In this document: positions 26,217-31,029 of the stretch, one piece after another
How positions within the stretch are numbered: the stretch's first letter is position 1
How the letters are laid out: every line of letters begins with the position of its first letter
From: a virus
Lineage: Duplodnaviria; Caudoviricetes
IMG/VR virus record: IMGVR_UViG_3300038406_000323
Location: 1 to 31,029 of that record
Reading direction: 5' to 3' (one strand)
Length of the DNA: 31,029 nucleotides
The notes under the pieces: model-generated
Told to the model about the DNA's origin: nothing
The model's database searches: none
Seen by the model: the letters and a program-made list of their open reading frames with translations, nothing else
Translations under genes and position numbers: made by a program

Positions 26217-26684
26217 TCAGCTGCGGCACTTCTCCGCGGCCTCGTCGTACGCCGCGTGGGCCGTGTCCATGTCGACCGCGACTGACTCCATCTCCACCGT
26301 CAGACCCTCCAGGTCGTCGGTGATGCTGTCGAGCTCGGTCGCATCCCACACGACCGCTGCCGCGATACCCTCACCGGCCAGGGTGAGCGCCTCAGCGTTG
26401 AGGGTGAACCCGCGGCTAGACAGGACGAACAGGTCCTCGGCTGCGGTGAGCGCGTCTTCGCACGCCGCCGGGGTGGTGGTGACGATGGTGCTGGTGCCAG
26501 GGCTGGCGTCGGTGGTCGGGGTGTCGCCGCCGCCAGCGGCCACACCGATGACGAAGGCGAACAGTCCGGTCCCGACGGCGATCAAGATCGTCCGGCCGCG
26601 CTTGGCCTTCGGTGCCGGGGCAGGCGGGGGTGGTTGGGTCATGTCGTAAGGCTCAGGCTGGGGCTGCATGTCGATGGTGCTCAT
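26217..26684 (-). CDS. Membrane-anchored protein with acidic helical ectodomain and two Cys
   Basis: Pro-rich N-terminus, KAKRGR then a TM segment, Thr linker, ACEDAL...AAEKCRS. Confidence 0.75.
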   Translation of the reverse strand: MSTIDMQPQPEPYDMTQPPPPAPAPKAKRGRTILIAVGTGLFAFVIGVAAGGGDTPTTDASPGTSTIVTTTPAACEDALTAAEDLFVLSSRGFTLNAEALTLAGEGIAAAVVWDATELDSITDDLEGLTVEMESVAVDMDTAHAAYDEAAEKCRS

Positions 26685-26791
26685 GATTCACTCATTCTTG
26701 CCGGGGGGTGTCGCCCCCGGCCGGTCGGGTGGCGGGTCTGTTCCGCCACTCGGCCCCCGCCGCCCCGCAGGGCGGTTGGGACCGGGCAGCG

Positions 26792-26962
26792 TCAGCGGGT
26801 CTGCAGGTCGAGTGCGGTCACCAGCCGGGTCAGGGCCAGGGCACGCCGCTGATATTTCAGCGCCGCGGTGTGGAAGGCGGCCGCGTTCGCAGCGGTACGC
26901 AGCTCCACCCGGGCCTCGGCCATGCGGAAGGCCATCTCCAGGGTGGCCTGGGCCAGGGTCAT
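26792..26962 (-). CDS. Small helical hypothetical protein (56 aa, MTLAQATLEMAF...LDLQTR)
   Basis: Read manually, not in the ORF track; GAGGAG RBS. Confidence 0.65.
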   Translation of the reverse strand: MTLAQATLEMAFRMAEARVELRTAANAAAFHTAALKYQRRALALTRLVTALDLQTR

Positions 26963-27050
26963 GATCATTCACTCCTCGTCGGCTAGTTGGGTGGGTGCGT
27001 GGGGTTACCGGGCCAGCCGCTCGGGTGGTGGTGGTCATGGTCCTGACTCC

Positions 27051-27206
27051 TCACTGGGGTGTCGGGTCGGTGCGCTCCCGGCGGTAGTGCTCGCTGCCGT
27101 AATCGCGGCACAGCGTGGCACCGGTCCAGGTGCCCGTCTCGGTGGGGCCGCCGCATACCGGGCAGCGCTCTTCGGTCGGCTGGTTGGTGGTCTCGGTGTC
27201 ACTCAT
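27051..27206 (-). CDS. Small zinc-ribbon-like protein (51 aa, CPVCGG...LC...H)
   Basis: Read manually: MSDTETTNQPTEERCPVCGGPTETGTWTGATLCRDYGSEHYRRERTDPTPQ; GAGGAG RBS. Confidence 0.7.
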   Translation of the reverse strand: MSDTETTNQPTEERCPVCGGPTETGTWTGATLCRDYGSEHYRRERTDPTPQ

Positions 27207-27281
27207 GATCCTCACTCCTCGTAGGTGTGGGGGTTGATCTTCGTCGGGAAGGGGGGCCCGGGCCGGGCCCCCCGGCTGTTC

Positions 27282-27473
27282 TCAGGCCAGCGGGTCGAAG
27301 CCCAGCCGGTCCGTCAGCGTCTCGTAGTGCGCCAGCAGGGATGCGGCACGATCGGCCTGGCCGGCCTGCCGCGCCCGCTCGTAGTCGACGGCTGTGGTGG
27401 CTATCTCCGCGATCGTGGCCTCGGCGCCGTACGCGGCCAGCCGGTCGGCCACGTAATCCTGGTAGGTCTTCAT
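27282..27473 (-). CDS. Hypothetical protein (63 aa)
   Basis: GAGAGG RBS; helical composition; followed by a GC hairpin at 27252-27272. Confidence 0.7.
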   Translation of the reverse strand: MKTYQDYVADRLAAYGAEATIAEIATTAVDYERARQAGQADRAASLLAHYETLTDRLGFDPLA

Positions 27474-27491
27474 GATCGTCCTCTCGTTCGT

Positions 27492-27662
27492 CCTGCGTCC
27501 TCAAGGCACCACCACCGTTGCGCTGCATCTAGTCCCGTGGGAGGAGCAGGTGCGACTTGGCCGGCTCTCAGATCGTCGGCCTGTCGCCGCATCTGCGCGG
27601 CTTCCCCGCTCTTGCGGTTCGCTGAGAGTGGAGGTGATGGTGCCTTGAGGGCGTAGGCCCTC
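27492..27662. ncRNA. Candidate structured RNA element or leader
   Basis: 25-bp imperfect long-range stem (27492-27516 with 27633-27657) enclosing a nested hairpin (27546-27596), with possible pseudoknot CTCTCAG/CTGAGAG. Confidence 0.45.
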
Positions 27663-27742
27663 TTGTTCTTGTCCCTGGCGGTTCTACCCGCGGTGGCCGC
27701 TGATCTTGGTTGGCCCGGAACCTGTATGCTCTTGTGTCTCTA

Positions 27743-27827
27743 ATACTAGCACTAGTACTACTGCTGTCAAGCCCTACAGGTCATCCGTTCGGCTGGTTTT
27801 GCACAACAGTAGTACTAGTGCTAGTAT
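27743..27827. promoter_or_regulatory. Back-to-back sigma70-type promoters sharing a perfect 21-bp inverted repeat (operators)
   Basis: ATACTAGCACTAGTACTACTG (27743-27763) and CAGTAGTACTAGTGCTAGTAT (27807-27827). Rightward TTGCAC-17-TAGTAT; leftward TTGACA-16-TAGTAT. Confidence 0.88.
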
Positions 27828-27834
27828 GGGTGGC

Positions 27835-28053
27835 ATGCACGAAGACCTGACACGGCTCGGCAAGCGGTATAGGCAGCTCCGAGAGCAGACCGAGGCGACC
27901 AAGCCGGACCTGCACACCGCGATGCGCGCCGCCCGCGAGGCGGGACTCACATACCGGGAGATCATGGAGCTGTCCGGATACCTCACCATCCAGCAGGTCC
28001 GGGTGATCTGCAACCCCGACCATGGGCACGCTCCCACCGAAGGAAGGACCTGA
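27835..28053 (+). CDS. Small helix-turn-helix DNA-binding protein, leaderless
   Basis: AREAGLTYREIMELSGYLTIQQVRVI HTH; ATG 7 nt after the -10 hexamer, no RBS. Confidence 0.82.
   Translation: MHEDLTRLGKRYRQLREQTEATKPDLHTAMRAAREAGLTYREIMELSGYLTIQQVRVICNPDHGHAPTEGRT
28024..28049 (+). repeat. Direct repeat copy 1 (26 bp, contains RBS)
   Basis: GGGCACGCTCCCACCGAAGGAAGGAC; matches 28931-28956 at 25 of 26 positions. Confidence 0.85.
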
Positions 28054-28054
28054 C

Positions 28055-28465
28055 ATGACACTGCACCACACTCCGCCGGGCGGGCAGACTACCCCGGTCG
28101 ACGGGCTCGACTGGTACGCCATGCACGAACACGGGCCGGGCACGTATCGCCACTCACATCACATCTCCCAGGGTCACATGGCCGACGTAAACAACCCGCG
28201 CGCCAACGACCACACCGGTGTGGAGCGAATCACCTGGGACGAGGTTCGCGCTGTTCGCGCTGCCGATGCTCTGAGCTACAGCTACACCGACGCCGACGTG
28301 GAGTTGGTCGCCCGCACCTGGTACGAGGGTGGCGCCCGCGCCGTGTTGGATGCGCAGGTCGCTGCCGGGTGGGCGCCTCTCGCCGCCGTGTTCGGCTACG
28401 TGATCGACGGTAAGACCTATCACCCCGCCAACGTGACCGTCGTGTTCCGCTCGCCGCGGAGGTGA
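28055..28465 (+). CDS. Hypothetical protein
   Basis: AAGGA RBS before ATG 28055; His-rich N-terminal half. Confidence 0.65.
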   Translation: MTLHHTPPGGQTTPVDGLDWYAMHEHGPGTYRHSHHISQGHMADVNNPRANDHTGVERITWDEVRAVRAADALSYSYTDADVELVARTWYEGGARAVLDAQVAAGWAPLAAVFGYVIDGKTYHPANVTVVFRSPRR

Positions 28466-28469
28466 CCAC

Positions 28470-28706
28470 GTGAGCGCCGCCCCACCGCCGCTGGAGTGGC
28501 ACCCGTACTACCGTGACGCGCCGATGCCTTGGGCAGACCCAGTCCATGATCCGCTGGGGGACATCCGCGCTCACCTCCGCGCGATCGCTGAGCGCCCGAT
28601 GGCGCCGCCAGGCCAGCCGACGCTGGTCCCGAAGTGGCTGGCCGATGAGATGGACGGCACGGGCGCGAACGTGTTGGTATACCCCGCCGAGGTGCCGTAC
28701 ACGTGA
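28470..28706 (+). CDS. Hypothetical protein
   Basis: GGAGG RBS; GTGA coupling to the next gene. Confidence 0.6.
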   Translation: MSAAPPPLEWHPYYRDAPMPWADPVHDPLGDIRAHLRAIAERPMAPPGQPTLVPKWLADEMDGTGANVLVYPAEVPYT

Positions 28707-28921
28707 GCGACCTAGACCCACCCGAGAACATGTGGCCGGCTACCTGGCTACTCGCCTACCGGACCGCCCAGTTCCGCGCCGCGTGGTGGATGGCCGTGGG
28801 GGACGTGCTGTGGCGGCTGCGGCTCCAGGCCGCGGCGCAGGCCGTGTACGGCCATGCGGTCCTGGCGCAGCGGACTGCGGAGCACATCGCCGACGACGTA
28901 CGCCAACTCCCGTGGTCCTGA
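28703..28921 (+). CDS. Hypothetical protein
   Basis: Coupled start; 72 aa. Confidence 0.55.
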   Translation: MSDLDPPENMWPATWLLAYRTAQFRAAWWMAVGDVLWRLRLQAAAQAVYGHAVLAQRTAEHIADDVRQLPWS

Positions 28922-28930
28922 CCGGGCACC

Positions 28931-28956
28931 GGGCACGCTCCCACCGAAGGAGGGAC
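28931..28956 (+). repeat. Direct repeat copy 2 (26 bp, contains RBS)
   Basis: GGGCACGCTCCCACCGAAGGAGGGAC, just before ATG 28960. Confidence 0.85.
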
Positions 28957-28959
28957 AAC

Positions 28960-29193
28960 ATGATCACCCAGCACACCGAGATCAGCCCGCAGTCGGCGCG
29001 GGAACGGGCCGACCGGATCGTCGCCGACCTGGCAGCCGGCGCAGACCCGAAGGTCGCGCATGGGGAGGCGGACCGGCTGGTTGTCGACATCCTCCACGGC
29101 ATCGCCGACAGCAACCCTGACTCGTGGGTGCGGATGATGGTTGAGCAGGCGCTGCGGGTGGTCGAGGCGCCGGGGCAGCGGTGGTACGCGTGA
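28960..29193 (+). CDS. Hypothetical protein (77 aa)
   Basis: AAGGAGG RBS; MITQHTEIS...QRWYA. Confidence 0.7.
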   Translation: MITQHTEISPQSARERADRIVADLAAGADPKVAHGEADRLVVDILHGIADSNPDSWVRMMVEQALRVVEAPGQRWYA

Positions 29194-29315
29194 GCCTGGA
29201 TCCGATACCCTGATGCTGTGATGGAGCACTCCCCGGTTGATCATCGGGGAGGTCCGGCCGGCCCGCGCAACCGCCGTGCTCCCGGCTGGGGTTGAACCCC
29301 GGGCTGGCCGCCACC

Positions 29316-29558
29316 TCACTCGACCGCGTAGCAGATGTCCCCGGGGCTTGACCAGTCACGCGGGTCGTACACGCTGGCGACGACCACCGTGCCATCCTCC
29401 CGCGGCACACCCGGCCCAGTCGATGCCGGCACCACCCAGTCATCCCGCCGCAGCCACGCCGCCTGCTCCAACGCCTCGACCCGGCTCGGCCACGGCCGGG
29501 CGCACACGTCGACCGCCTCCGCCCATGGGCTGCCCGGTGCACCAACCCCGTCTGCCAC
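29316..29558 (-). CDS. Hypothetical protein (80 aa)
   Basis: AGGAGGAG RBS before GTG 29558. Confidence 0.55.
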   Translation of the reverse strand: MADGVGAPGSPWAEAVDVCARPWPSRVEALEQAAWLRRDDWVVPASTGPGVPREDGTVVVASVYDPRDWSSPGDICYAVE

Positions 29559-29683
29559 GGCTCCTCCTAGGGGGTGCGGCCCGGCGGTTACGCCGGGCAG
29601 CGTGTGACGGCCGGGCCGCACAGCCGCACGTTATCGCGTATCCGGGGACACGCATACCCCCATGCGGGTTAAGTGTCATCCAT

Positions 29684-29839
29684 ATGGGCAGGCAGACAAC
29701 CATCTACGTCCGCGAGCAGGACCTTGCGCTGTGGGAGCGGGCGGAACGGTACGCCCGCTCCCACCGGATGCCGGTCTCCGGGCTGGTCATGGCCGCCCTG
29801 GAGAGGTTCCTCGCCGAGCAGGGTCACCCGAATGGGTGA
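29684..29839 (+). CDS. Ribbon-helix-helix DNA-binding protein
   Basis: MGRQTTIYV beta strand, then DLALWERAERYA and PVSGLVMAALERFL helices. Confidence 0.78.
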   Translation: MGRQTTIYVREQDLALWERAERYARSHRMPVSGLVMAALERFLAEQGHPNG

Positions 29840-30143
29840 CCCTCTGCGCTCCGTGATCTACGTCCCGGCCGGGCTCAACCTCCACCGCTGGCTGGCCATC
29901 TGCGCGGAGGCGGTCGACGTGCACGGGTGGGAGCTGGCCGCCGTCGTCCGCCACTGGTCCGACGTGCGGCAGCTGCTGCATGCCGGGCTGCTCGACCTGC
30001 TGGTCGTCGGCCACCCCGGCCACCTGGACCCGCAGCGGATCCCCCGGGTGGTCATCGCCGGCGACGCCCCGGTGCCGGTGACCGCCGAGCTCCGGCCGGA
30101 GCAACGTCGGCCGGTCATCCGGCCAGGTCCGGCAGGCCGTTGA
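29832..30143 (+). CDS. Degenerate serine-resolvase catalytic-domain-like protein
   Basis: SVIYV...C...HGWELAAVV...LLHAGLLDLLVV follows the resolvase N-terminal pattern but lacks the YxRxS catalytic motif. Confidence 0.55.
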   Translation: MGDPLRSVIYVPAGLNLHRWLAICAEAVDVHGWELAAVVRHWSDVRQLLHAGLLDLLVVGHPGHLDPQRIPRVVIAGDAPVPVTAELRPEQRRPVIRPGPAGR

Positions 30144-30921
30144 CCGCGGCGGTCAACGCGGCCGGCGGCACCAAGGTGTACACCTGTGTGGTCGTCGGCG
30201 ACGCATGCCCGAGCAGCTCCTGCACGGTGCGCAGGTTGGCGCCGCCGGCGAGCAGGGTGGTCGCGTACCAGGCGCGGAGCCGGTGGAGCCCACCGGCGAT
30301 GTGTAGCCGCCGGGCGCGGTGCCGGCCGCGGTCGCTGATCATCTTCGCCGTGTACCCGTCGGCGACCGGGCCGTCGAGGTCGCGGAGTTCTGCCCAGATC
30401 AGCGGGTGGCAGGGTACGAGCCGCTCCCGGTCGCCCTTGCCGTCCAGGCGCACCGACTCCTGTGTGATGTCCTCGCGCCGTAGCCGGGAGATCTCCACGC
30501 AGCGGGCGCCGGTGTACGCGGCGATCAGCGCCCACCGTCCGACCGGCTCGGGTGAGGCGAGTAGCCGGCGGGTCTCATCGTCGGTGGTCGGGTTCGGCAA
30601 CCGGTAAGGGATCTTGACCGGGGGCAGCCGGGCACTGGGGTCATAGTCGCTGTAGTCCCGGTCGACCAGCCACCGGTGGAGGCTGCGCAGGGCGGCCCGG
30701 TAGGTGGAGCGGGTCGCCGGCGCCCAGTCGCGGGAGGTGAGCCACGCCCGCAGCTCGGCGGTGGTGGCGACGACCACACCGGCGGGCAGGTGATGGTGGG
30801 CGAGGCGCAGCACGGTGGTGTAGGTGGCGACGGTGCCGGCCGCGGACGTGTGTACCAGGTCTGCCAGGTACTCCTCGAGCAGATCCGAGTGCATCAGATC
30901 AGAGTGTGCGGTGACGGTCAC
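30115..30921 (-). CDS. Tyrosine recombinase/integrase (short, XerC/D-like)
   Basis: Full catalytic set: YTGAR, GKG, HRLR, LLGH, TQVY; core-binding domain present, no arm-binding domain apparent. Confidence 0.93.
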   Translation of the reverse strand: MTVTAHSDLMHSDLLEEYLADLVHTSAAGTVATYTTVLRLAHHHLPAGVVVATTAELRAWLTSRDWAPATRSTYRAALRSLHRWLVDRDYSDYDPSARLPPVKIPYRLPNPTTDDETRRLLASPEPVGRWALIAAYTGARCVEISRLRREDITQESVRLDGKGDRERLVPCHPLIWAELRDLDGPVADGYTAKMISDRGRHRARRLHIAGGLHRLRAWYATTLLAGGANLRTVQELLGHASPTTTQVYTLVPPAALTAAVNGLPDLAG

Positions 30922-31029
30922 GTGCTGCTACCTACGGGCCGGTGGTGGGTGATGGCCGGGCGGCGGACCTCGGCACGGGTCGGGTGATGGCCGGTGGCAT
31001 GTCCGGGGGCGAGTAGTGCCCGTTGGGAC

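Noticed and set aside
27560-27630. Hammerhead ribozyme suggested by CTGAGAG
   Set aside because: Does not match the CUGAnGA core and no correctly placed GAAA.
27640-27675. tmRNA-tag-like reading DKNKRAYALKA on the minus strand
   Set aside because: No stop after the motif and no tRNA-like domain; likely chance.
26681-28956. CRISPR-like array from the repeated motifs
   Set aside because: Repeats are degenerate, irregularly spaced and separated by genes; no cas genes in the window.
29277-29347. Complete tRNA gene on the minus strand
   Set aside because: No convincing D arm or anticodon arm, imperfect T stem, and it overlaps a CDS end.

Overview
High-GC actinobacterial temperate siphophage or prophage segment, running from the probable packaging end through the virion and lysis modules into an accessory/regulatory region. 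Order: terS, terL, a four-gene cassette of fibre-like virion genes on the opposite strand (2281-5225), HK97-type portal, protease and capsid, a glycosyltransferase-FkbM methyltransferase fusion plus a second methyltransferase, neck and tail genes (candidate -1 frameshifted chaperone, short tape measure, Dit, and a Tal-like hub with an N-terminal M14 zinc peptidase), an amidase endolysin with a likely internal start, and several small membrane-protein genes. The accessory region has two divergent promoters sharing a perfect 21-bp inverted repeat, a leaderless HTH regulator, a long structured leader, an RHH gene, a degenerate resolvase-like ORF and a short tyrosine recombinase. All calls come from motifs and synteny read by eye; no database search or folding program was run.
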